From: Actinomycetota bacterium
GTDB lineage: Bacteria; Actinomycetota; UBA4738
Direction: 5' to 3'
DNA length: 64,000 nucleotides
NCBI GenBank assembly: GCA_036259835.1
Contig: DATABA010000022.1
Location: forward strand, 15,087-79,086
The notes under the pieces are model-generated. The model made no database searches. It had not been told where the DNA came from and saw only the letters and a list, made by a program, of their open reading frames with translations. Shown here piece by piece: positions 36,529 through 44,648 of this stretch. Within the stretch, counting starts at the first letter, position 1. Every line of letters begins with the position of its first letter. The position numbers and the translations under genes are program-made.

Positions 36529-38199
36529 GTGGAAACGGCTGCTCGATCGCGGAAATCTGACGACCAAGCACTCGATGTCTTCCTGCGGCAATCGTCGGGA
36601 TTGGTCCGAGAGCTCTCTATCTTCGATGCTGCGGTTTTTGGAGTGCTTGCAAGCGGGCTCTTCTTCTCCTTCATTTATTTCTTCCCATACCCGCAGTACA
36701 TCACGCCGGGGATTAACACCGTCCTGATGCTCGTCCTCGGCACGCTGGCCTCGTTACCCGTAATCATCTGCTATGCGGCGCTTGGCTCGGCGATGCCGAG
36801 AGCGGGCGGCGACTACCTGTACGACAGCCGGACGGTCTCTCCGGCACTGGGTTTCGCCATTCCACTTGGTATGGGGGCGTTCGTCTGGACCATCCTGTTT
36901 CCACTGGGCACATTCGTCATCGTCTCGTTTGGGCTCGGGCCCGTTCTCAACGCGGCTGCCTCGCAGTTCGGAATCGAAACCCTCACTGGATGGGCCAACG
37001 CGCTCCAGGGAACAACTGGACAGCTGATCACGACGATCGTTCTCGCATTGCTGGCGTGGTTGATCACCATCCGAGGAGTCCGGCTCTACCGGATCATCCA
37101 GCGTAGCGTCTTTCTTCCGGCGATCGTGGTGACGAACGTGGCGTTGTTGATCCAGCTTTTCGTCAGCTCAAACGACCGGTTTCGGCAGGCATTCGACCGG
37201 TTCCCAGCGAACGAAGCAGACGGCATCACCTACGCCGGCATCCTCTCAACCGCCCAGCAGAACGGCTGGCAGCCGCCGTCATTCAGCTGGGGAGACACGC
37301 TCCTCTGGATCCCCGTGATGCTGGGCGTCGTCCCATTCGTGGTCTACGCGACCGAGGGCATGCTAGGAGAGGTCAAACGCGCCCGTGACTTCGCCCGGTT
37401 GAGCCGAGCTCTCATCCTAGGGGCGCTCTATATCGGGATTGTCGTCTTTGGGCTCCTGTACTTCCTGTTCGAACGAATGGCGTCCCAGGAGTTCATCTCT
37501 GCGGCGTCGTTTCTCGTGAATGAGGAAATTATCGCGCTGCCATACGACCTCAACATCACATCCTTCAGCTCCATCGTGAACGACAACTTCTTTCTGGTTC
37601 TTGCGGTGTCGCTCGGGTTCATCGCGAGCGCCTTCCAACTCATGACCGCCGTGATGATGAATGAGACCCGGATCCTGGTCTCCATGGGGCTCGACCGCAC
37701 GCTCCCCGCGAAGTTCGCCGACGTGAACCCGAGGTTCCACGCGCCGATCTTCTCGGCTACCGTGTACGTTGCCCTCGTCCTGGGCATGACGCTGTGGTTC
37801 ACCTACGCGCCGGAGTGGTCCACGGTGTTCACGTATCTCAGCGTGTACGGCGGGCAGGGCGTATTGCTCTTCGGCTGCCTGGCAGCGTTCCTCCTCCCGA
37901 TCCGGGCGAGGGCGATCTACGAAGCCTCTCCCGTGGCGAGGTACCACATCGGGCGTCTTCCGCTGATCACGGTGATCAGTGCGCTCGGAATGATTCTGTA
38001 CGTGGCAAGCCTGTTCGTCATCGCCACCAACGACAAGGTCGGCCTCACCGGAGCGGGCCTCGGCTTGCCCGCCGACCCCCGCTGGCTCCTGATCGTGCCC
38101 GTCGTTTTCTTCCTCGCGGTCTTCTTTGCGTGGCAATGGGTCGAGAGGAGGCGAGGGATCGATACGAGGCTTGTCTTCGAGGCGGTCCCGCCCGAGTGA
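36529..38199 (+). CDS. APC-superfamily amino acid/polyamine permease
   Basis: A 556-aa protein with at least 12 TM helices. AALGSAMPRAGGDYLY is the APC signature region. Confidence 0.75.
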   Translation: METAARSRKSDDQALDVFLRQSSGLVRELSIFDAAVFGVLASGLFFSFIYFFPYPQYITPGINTVLMLVLGTLASLPVIICYAALGSAMPRAGGDYLYDSRTVSPALGFAIPLGMGAFVWTILFPLGTFVIVSFGLGPVLNAAASQFGIETLTGWANALQGTTGQLITTIVLALLAWLITIRGVRLYRIIQRSVFLPAIVVTNVALLIQLFVSSNDRFRQAFDRFPANEADGITYAGILSTAQQNGWQPPSFSWGDTLLWIPVMLGVVPFVVYATEGMLGEVKRARDFARLSRALILGALYIGIVVFGLLYFLFERMASQEFISAASFLVNEEIIALPYDLNITSFSSIVNDNFFLVLAVSLGFIASAFQLMTAVMMNETRILVSMGLDRTLPAKFADVNPRFHAPIFSATVYVALVLGMTLWFTYAPEWSTVFTYLSVYGGQGVLLFGCLAAFLLPIRARAIYEASPVARYHIGRLPLITVISALGMILYVASLFVIATNDKVGLTGAGLGLPADPRWLLIVPVVFFLAVFFAWQWVERRRGIDTRLVFEAVPPE

Positions 38200-38296
38200 G
38201 AAGCTCAGGAGTTCCAAAGGCTGCCGGCGTCAGTTGCCCAAAGTAGGCCGAAGGCCACCTCGCGGGCGTTGATAAGCGAGCCGTGAAAGGAACGCG

Positions 38297-39502
38297 ATGA
38301 CGTATTTCCCCATGGATGAGTACGAGCAACGGTGGAGTCGCGTATGGGATGCGATTCACTCCGCGGGGTTCGAGACCGCGCTGGTCTGGGGGCAGAGCGG
38401 CGGAAATTACGAGCGGTGCAATGACATCCTCTACCTGACGAACTACTACTCGAACCAGTCAGGTCATGCGTACGACTCAAGCGTGAGACTGGCGAGCAGT
38501 TACTCGGCGGCATTGTTCGCAAATGGAGATTCGCCGGAACTCTTCGCCGACCAACCTGACTACCCTGAAGACCTTCTTGCAGTCGGTCGTGTTTCGTCCG
38601 ATCGAAACCTCATCCGTGCTGTGACTGCCGGACTCCGGCAGAGGAGCGCCACGGGAAAGGTACTCTCGGTCGGACACGACTTCCTTCCCGTGAAGTACGC
38701 CCGCCTCCTCGAAGACGCTTTCCCCGGGATTGAGTTCACTTACGACGATGAGCTAGTGCGCGACGTCCGACGATACAAGTCGACGTTCGAGCTCGAGTGC
38801 ATACGTGAAGCTGGTGAAACAGCTTCCGCAGCCCTCCAGGCGCTGATGGAAACCGCCATGCGTGGCGGTACACAGGCTGACGCCGCAGCCGCCGGAATGG
38901 CGGAGCTCGCTCGACGAGGAGGCTTCCCCCACATGATTCCCGTCTCGAGCGGGGCTACGATTCACCGATTCACCGGCGACCCGATCGCGGGCTTCTCTCG
39001 AGAAATCGTCATGGCTCCTGGCGACCTCGTCCGTGCGTGGGTCTACGGACCAATCTGGCAGGGGTACTGGCTCGATCCTGGGCGAACTGGCATCGTCGGT
39101 CGAGCTGGCACTCGTCGACAGCGTGAGTTGATTCGAACCGCTACCGACATCACCCATCGCCTGATGGAGTCGGTTACCCCCGGTTCCCGGGTGCTCGATG
39201 TCGTCGCTCTCGGCGAGCGACTGACTACAGAGAGCGGCTCTCAGGACGATCCCGTATCAAACATGTTCCCGTTGTACGGGCACGGAGTCGGGATGTTTTG
39301 GGAACGACCCACGCTTGGGGAAGGGATGCTCGGCGAGCCCGGGACAGAAGAGCGATACGCGTACTTCCACTCCGGCCAAACGTGCACCATCGAAGTCTTC
39401 CTGAGTTGGCCGGGCGTGGGAAGCGCTGGGATCGAGGAGTGCTTCATCGTGCAGGACGGAAAAAACGAACTACTTACTACGACTGATCTGGAGTGGTGGT
39501 GA
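38297..39502 (+). CDS. M24-fold (creatinase/prolidase-like) hydrolase, paralog A
   Basis: Creatinase-like N-domain (MDEYEQRWSRVWDAI...ALVWG) and a pita-bread C-domain (YWLDPGRT, YGHGVGM, TIEVF, GIEECFIV). Confidence 0.7.
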   Translation: MTYFPMDEYEQRWSRVWDAIHSAGFETALVWGQSGGNYERCNDILYLTNYYSNQSGHAYDSSVRLASSYSAALFANGDSPELFADQPDYPEDLLAVGRVSSDRNLIRAVTAGLRQRSATGKVLSVGHDFLPVKYARLLEDAFPGIEFTYDDELVRDVRRYKSTFELECIREAGETASAALQALMETAMRGGTQADAAAAGMAELARRGGFPHMIPVSSGATIHRFTGDPIAGFSREIVMAPGDLVRAWVYGPIWQGYWLDPGRTGIVGRAGTRRQRELIRTATDITHRLMESVTPGSRVLDVVALGERLTTESGSQDDPVSNMFPLYGHGVGMFWERPTLGEGMLGEPGTEERYAYFHSGQTCTIEVFLSWPGVGSAGIEECFIVQDGKNELLTTTDLEWW

Positions 39503-39547
39503 GGAGTAATGAACGCGTTCCCGTTGGAGGGCGCCCCGAAGCTTGGG

Positions 39548-40741
39548 TCACCACCATTCGAGTTCGGTCGTGGTGAGCAGTTCATTTCGCTCCCGTCCCA
39601 CGATGAAATTCTGTTCCACACCCGCGCTGCCCACGCCCGGTCGATACAGAAATGTCTCGGCCGTAACGGTCTGGCCTTCGTGAAACGCCGTCACCTCGTT
39701 CTTCCACCCTTCGGTGAAGTAAGGCTCCTCCCAGTAAAGCCCAATCCCATGGCCGTACAACGGGAACATCCTTGCCGCTTGGTCATCCTCCGTACCGGCC
39801 TCCCTCCGCAGCTGGGAGCCGAGATTCACGATGTCCTTCACGCGGACCCCCGGACGGATCGCCTCCATCACGCGAGAGACGATGTCATTGGCCGCCCCGA
39901 TGAGCGCTCGCTGATCCGGACGCGGCTTCCCACCAACCACGGCCGTCCGGCCAGGATCGCACCAGTAACCTTGCCAAGCGGGGCCGTACACCCAGGCGCG
40001 GACCATATCACCGTCGCTCATCGAGATGGCGGGCGACGAGCCAGTAATCGGATCGCCCGCGAAGTGGTACATATCGTTGCCGCTGGCAACGGGAACCATG
40101 TGCGGAAATCCACCGCGCCGCACAAGCTCCGATGCACCGGCCGCAGCGGCCTCCGCTTGTGTCCCGCCGCGCACTGCCCGCTCCATCAAGGCGGTCATCG
40201 CCGCGGATACGGCGACGCCGGCCTCGCGGTAGCAGTCGAGCTCGCGCTGGGTCTTGTGAAGCCTCACGTCACGAACCAGGCGGTCGTCAGCGACAAATTC
40301 AACGCCGGGAAGAGCTTCCGTCAGAAGGCGGTAATACTTCGCGGGGAGGAAATCCTCGCCAACCAGGGCCACGCGACCCTCCGTGATTCCGCGCGCCTTG
40401 AGCACTTCTGCGACCGTGACGAGAACGTTCTCACCCCAGACGACGCGCTCAACCGCGATCGGGAGGAGCTCCGAAGGGTAGTCGGGTTCGTCGGCAACCA
40501 ACAGGGGGACGTCACGCTCGTGCATCAGGACGGCGCTGAATCCGAGTCCCGTCCACCAATCCGTGTCGTAGTCGTGTCCAGACTGACTCGAGTAGTAGTT
40601 GGTAAGGTACAGAAGGTCGCCGTGTCTCTCGTACGTACCGGCCGTCCGTCCCCAGACCAGCGCGGTCGCTATTCCCTTAACCTCCATCGCGTCGTAGATG
40701 CGACGCCATCGCTCCTCGTACTCGTCCTGAGGGAAGTACAC
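39548..40741 (-). CDS. M24-fold (creatinase/prolidase-like) hydrolase, paralog B
   Basis: By eye about 50-55% identical to paralog A along the whole length, including the identical C-terminus NELLTTT(D/E)LEWW. Convergent with A. Confidence 0.7.
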   Translation of the reverse strand: MYFPQDEYEERWRRIYDAMEVKGIATALVWGRTAGTYERHGDLLYLTNYYSSQSGHDYDTDWWTGLGFSAVLMHERDVPLLVADEPDYPSELLPIAVERVVWGENVLVTVAEVLKARGITEGRVALVGEDFLPAKYYRLLTEALPGVEFVADDRLVRDVRLHKTQRELDCYREAGVAVSAAMTALMERAVRGGTQAEAAAAGASELVRRGGFPHMVPVASGNDMYHFAGDPITGSSPAISMSDGDMVRAWVYGPAWQGYWCDPGRTAVVGGKPRPDQRALIGAANDIVSRVMEAIRPGVRVKDIVNLGSQLRREAGTEDDQAARMFPLYGHGIGLYWEEPYFTEGWKNEVTAFHEGQTVTAETFLYRPGVGSAGVEQNFIVGRERNELLTTTELEWW

Positions 40742-40874
40742 GATCCGCCTCCTCTTGCTGGTTCACTCACGGCTACGGCGTGGGCGAACGCCGGGCGGAA
40801 TCGTAGATCACCGGGGGTGCGATTTGCCGCCGACATCGCTGGTCGTTCCCACGCTCGTTTCGGAGGCGGGTGAG

Positions 40875-41744
40875 ATGAGACCGCTCCCGATCCTGGCGGT
40901 CCAGGCCGCTCCAGTCCCGTGGGAGGTGGACGCGACGTGGGAGAAATTCGAAGTGACGACGAGACGACTCGTCCAAGCGTTCCCGAGCACGAAACTGGTC
41001 GTGTATCCGGAGCTGTTTCTATCGGCGATCGGGCCCACGACGATCCCTCCCCGAGCCGGCTATTCGGTCGAAAGGGTGGCGCAGCGCATCCCTGGACCCT
41101 TGACGGAGCGGCTCGGCGAGCTTGCCGAAGAACTCCAAATCTGGCTCGTGCCTGGATCGGTCTACGAGATCGGAGACGCCGGCCGAATCTACAACACAGC
41201 CGTCGCCGTTCGACCCGACGGCTCCATCGCGGCGCGCTATCGAAAGATTTTTCCGTGGCGGCCATGGGAGCGGTCATTCCCCGGCGAGGACCTCGTCCTG
41301 TTCGACATCGATGATGTGGGTCGTGTGGGCCTGATGATCTGCTACGACGGCTGGTTCCCTGAAGTCGCGCGGAATCTTGCTTGGCTAGGGGCTGAACTGA
41401 TTCTCCAGCCTGCTGCCACCTGGACCTCCGACAGAGAGCAGGAGCTCGTTCTCGTCCGCGCTCAGGCCATCACCAATCAAGTGATCGTTGTCAACGTCAA
41501 CGTCGGCGGTGGTTACGGGGAAGGGCGCAGCTTAGTGGTGGATCCAGAGGGGCACGTCCTTCAAGCTGCTGGCGGCGGGGAAGAAGTAATTACGGACGTC
41601 CTCGATTTCGACGGCGTGCGAAGAGTGAGGCAGTACGGCTCTGTAGGGATGAACAGGCTGTGGGAAGAAGTGCGTGAGCGCCAGAGGATAAGGCTTCCCA
41701 TGTATGGCGGCTCGCTTCCCGGCATGATTCAACCATCCGCGTAA
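40875..41744 (+). CDS. Carbon-nitrogen hydrolase (nitrilase superfamily amidase)
   Basis: The E-K-C triad contexts VVYPELF, RYRKIFPW and MICYDGWFPE are present. Trimmed to ATG 40875. Confidence 0.75.
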   Translation: MRPLPILAVQAAPVPWEVDATWEKFEVTTRRLVQAFPSTKLVVYPELFLSAIGPTTIPPRAGYSVERVAQRIPGPLTERLGELAEELQIWLVPGSVYEIGDAGRIYNTAVAVRPDGSIAARYRKIFPWRPWERSFPGEDLVLFDIDDVGRVGLMICYDGWFPEVARNLAWLGAELILQPAATWTSDREQELVLVRAQAITNQVIVVNVNVGGGYGEGRSLVVDPEGHVLQAAGGGEEVITDVLDFDGVRRVRQYGSVGMNRLWEEVRERQRIRLPMYGGSLPGMIQPSA

Positions 41745-42345
41745 GGCACCCACCCTCACGCCCGCCCTTGACCAGTTTCCTTGAGCTCCAAGAATGGCGG
41801 GAGTTCGCCAGTGAACGGGATGATCCGGGTGAGGTGTAAAAATCGGGCAGGGCGACGCCCTCCTCCCATCGTCGCAGCGCCGTTGTGAGAACGTCGGCTC
41901 CAGAACGAAGCGCTCTTGGCCCAGCCCTAACCGCTTTCGTTGTCCCTTTATCCACTCGCTGAACTCGGCCGTAAGGCTTTCGCTCCGCTTTGGCCGCCCT
42001 AGCTGCACCGCTTCCTCCCTTCCCGCCGTGGGAAGCTGCTGACCACGGTAAGCCCCGGCAGTGACTCAAGCTGAGTTTGGAAACCCGTTTTTGTCACTCT
42101 GGTCCGTTGGGGATTTTCGGTGGTCTCGCAAGCGCCTGCCGCAAGAAGCTGGGTTGGTTCCGTCTGAACAACAACTGAGGACGGCATATCCCGTTGTGGG
42201 AGTCGCTCAACAACTACTCCGCGCCTTTCGGCTTGGATGAGCTGATTTTGAATTGACCGGCGCGGCTGAAGGATCATTTCGATGAGCGAATGCGTACAAC
42301 CGTGAAAACTGCACTTGGCCTACGGTTTCTATCTCCGGGGCGCGC

Positions 42346-42936
42346 TTAGAAGGCTGCAGACACGAGAAACCACAGCGCCGCGAACGGGGCCACTGCAATC
42401 TCCACCAGGCATCCGATCACGCCGACGAGCGCCGCCACCAGGACCCACGGTGCAAACACGAACCGCGCTGGCACCAGAGTGAGAAGCAACTCTCGCGTGC
42501 CCGCAGCGGTTCGCCAGAAGCGGTACGAATTGAAGACCGACCTGACCCAGCTCTTCTGTGCGGCTCCCCGAGCTTCGCGGGACAGGCGTCGAAGCTCCTC
42601 TGCCCGCTCCCCGACGAGCTGAGGTAACGCACGGAAGTGCTCCCGGACTCGAGTCAGGCGGCTCAGCCCGACAGTGAAGACGAGCAAGACCGCAGGACTT
42701 GCCATGAGCACGAGTGCCCAGAGAGCCAGCGTCGTGGGCTCCCGGGCGGCCTGAACCTGCGTTGGGATGGTGACCCAGATCAGAGCACCGGCGGCCATAC
42801 CCAGCAAGGAGAGCTTTCGCAATCGCCCAGCCGTTCGATGGATCAACGCTAGGACCGCGTCGAGGGCCTCCGACGTCCGGCCCAGTGCCGAGCGCGGAGC
42901 GCGGCCTTCGACCGGATTACCGGATCGCTCTTCCAT
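42346..42936 (-). CDS. Hypothetical membrane protein (about 4 TM)
   Basis: The ORF has good hydrophobic segments (LSLLGMAAGALIWV, LALWALVLMASPAVLLVF, PWVLVAALVGVIGCLVEIAV). No family recognised. It is the last gene before attR. Confidence 0.4.
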   Translation of the reverse strand: MEERSGNPVEGRAPRSALGRTSEALDAVLALIHRTAGRLRKLSLLGMAAGALIWVTIPTQVQAAREPTTLALWALVLMASPAVLLVFTVGLSRLTRVREHFRALPQLVGERAEELRRLSREARGAAQKSWVRSVFNSYRFWRTAAGTRELLLTLVPARFVFAPWVLVAALVGVIGCLVEIAVAPFAALWFLVSAAF

Positions 42937-43043
42937 CCCTGTGGTGTTCCCGGTGTGGGTGCTTGTACTCGCAGGGAGTGGACCGTCCGTGGGGCATCCT
43001 CCAATTTTGCGCTGGCCTAGGAATCCCTCTGACCTCGCCTACA

Positions 43044-43083
43044 CACGGCAGAGGTCGTGGGTTCGACTCCGATCACCTCCACC
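43044..43083 (+). repeat. attR-like displaced copy of the tRNA-Ala 3' half
   Basis: cacggcagaggtcgtGggttcgactccgatcacctccacc. The single mismatch would disrupt the T-stem. There is no D-arm or 5' acceptor strand upstream, so this is not a tRNA gene. Confidence 0.8.
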
Positions 43084-43149
43084 CATCCGGCGATCTGTGC
43101 CCGGCCGCTGGCCGCCGTACGGCTTCTGTGATCCGCGTGAAGCTGGATG

Positions 43150-43728
43150 CTACCCAGTCACAGTCGGCTCGTTGACGATGACGGGTGGAGGCGGAGCAAC
43201 CGCACCGGATCCTCCTGCACCGCCGCCCGTCGAGAGAGCGCCGCCACTGCCGCCCGTGGACTGAGTGCCACCACTGCCGCCGTCTCCACCACCGCCATCT
43301 CCATCGCCTCCACCGCCGTTGCCCTTCCCGGGCCGGGGCGGAGGTCCATGACCACCTGAATCCACATGCTCAACGCTATAGACGACGAAGTGATTGAGGT
43401 CCTTATCGAAGAAGGATGACTGGGACTGTCCGCCAGGAATGCTCGTACTCATGAGGCCCGAAATCTTGCTGCCGTTCGAGAACTCTTCCTTGCCTTCTGC
43501 ACACCACGAGACGGTAGCCATGTCGGATGTTGTCGTGTTGGTCATTGTCAACGTACCGCCTGACACCTGAAAGCTCACCCCGTCAACACTGCCGGACGTG
43601 GTGAACTGCTGTCCGCCGGCGGGGCACTGAACGGCCTGAGCCACCGCCCTTTGCAGGCCAACTACCAATCCGAGCATGACCAGTCCAGCGACCAAGGACT
43701 TCTGGGGTGAAACCGTCGTTCGCGTCAT
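43150..43728 (-). CDS. Secreted protein with Gly-rich low-complexity C-terminal region
   Basis: A signal peptide (LVAGLVMLGLVVGLQRAVAQA), two Cys in the N-domain, then a GGGGDGDGGGGDGGSGG... tract and a PPPPVIV tail. Confidence 0.45.
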   Translation of the reverse strand: MTRTTVSPQKSLVAGLVMLGLVVGLQRAVAQAVQCPAGGQQFTTSGSVDGVSFQVSGGTLTMTNTTTSDMATVSWCAEGKEEFSNGSKISGLMSTSIPGGQSQSSFFDKDLNHFVVYSVEHVDSGGHGPPPRPGKGNGGGGDGDGGGGDGGSGGTQSTGGSGGALSTGGGAGGSGAVAPPPPVIVNEPTVTG

Positions 43729-43841
43729 CGCATGCTCCGTCCGATTTAGTGGTCGTTAGAAAATTCGCATTGACCACTCTGTCGCGACCTTGTGACATGT
43801 CAAGCATTTGACCGATGGTTGGGGTGCTCTCTATCGCCTAC

Positions 43842-44579
43842 TCAATTTGCGTTAGGAGACTCCCTCGCTTCCTGACTCGCCGGGTACGCGTCGGCGCGCA
43901 ACCGGTTGAGTGGACCGATGGGACGGATCCGATCGGATGTGTTCCACGGGTTGAACCTGAGTTCGTCCGAGAGCTCCTGGGATAAACGGCGCTCCAACTG
44001 AAGGTTGCCGATGCGGCGCCACGCCCCAGTCAACCTCGCGACGGCGAATCGGAATCGCAACCGGCCTTGCTCGAGCGCCTCATCCAGTTTGGCGAGGTCG
44101 AGACCTGTAACGCGTTCTTCGGGCGGTGACGGGAGCGTTCCAAACAGGAGGACCTCTCCGTCCACTTCGTATGGGAGGACCGTCGAAAAGGTTCGCGAAC
44201 CGAATTCAGACGCGGGCAGCAATAGATGTCTTGCCACCGGCGCGCTGGCCGCCGAAACGAGAAGGAAGTCCTGGTCCCTCCGCGGGCCGTTGTAGTCGGG
44301 GAGCTTGATGGCAAGGCCCAGAACATCCGGCAGTCCTTGAGGGACTCCCGCGCCCCGAGACAACCGTGCGATCGCCTGGTGGTCTCCTTCCTTCAGAGCA
44401 GCTCTCTCTTTCGGGATGTGCAGGGTCCCGGCAAACGCGCGGCCGTATGGGTGGAAGAAGCGCCGGCCGCGCAGTCGCGTCGCAACCGCAAAAAAGGCTG
44501 CGGTGGGCACGGGAAGAAGCGTTTCGGCAGCACGTTCGCCGAACTTCTCGATCGCCGCGACGAGATTCTTCTTGGCCAT
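43842..44579 (-). CDS. Hypothetical protein, possibly catalase-related haem-fold
   Basis: FFHPYGRAFAGTL...RLSRGAGVPQGLPDVLGLAIKL...DQDFLLVS loosely recalls catalase-core strands. This is a weak by-eye call. Confidence 0.3.
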   Translation of the reverse strand: MAKKNLVAAIEKFGERAAETLLPVPTAAFFAVATRLRGRRFFHPYGRAFAGTLHIPKERAALKEGDHQAIARLSRGAGVPQGLPDVLGLAIKLPDYNGPRRDQDFLLVSAASAPVARHLLLPASEFGSRTFSTVLPYEVDGEVLLFGTLPSPPEERVTGLDLAKLDEALEQGRLRFRFAVARLTGAWRRIGNLQLERRLSQELSDELRFNPWNTSDRIRPIGPLNRLRADAYPASQEARESPNAN

Positions 44580-44648
44580 GGCCGCAAGTTACTCGTTTCC
44601 TGGCCGGAAGCCGCACCTACGCCGGCGGCGACGGCGTGGGAGACGAAG

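Larger units (their letters stand above)
27076..43083. mobile_element. tRNA-Ala-integrated genomic island (about 16 kb), integrase decayed
   Basis: Bounded by the intact tRNA-Ala and a 40-nt direct repeat of its 3' half. An integrase C-terminal stub lies next to the tRNA, and XRE fragments and ORF-poor patches lie inside. Confidence 0.7.

Noticed and set aside
39509-40873. 454-aa plus-strand ORF
   Set aside because: It lies antisense to M24 paralog B, whose translation aligns along its full length with paralog A. This is a shadow ORF.
42240-42340. Possible group II intron domain V or other structured RNA
   Set aside because: The segment does not match the domain V consensus as I remember it, and there is no reverse transcriptase ORF nearby. 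It is kept only as an unexplained gap in the findings.
43011-43083. Possible second tRNA-Ala gene
   Set aside because: Only the 3' 40 nt match. The upstream sequence has no acceptor 5' strand, D-arm or anticodon 5' strand, and the one mismatch breaks the T-stem. I interpret it as an att remnant.
43185-43340. Repetitive GGn/GCC tract (possible CRISPR or tandem repeat); also the Asn/Gly-coding repeats at 24330-24440
   Set aside because: Both lie inside ORFs and encode Gly-rich or Asn-Gly-rich low-complexity tails. There is no repeat-spacer periodicity. No CRISPR array was seen anywhere in the window.
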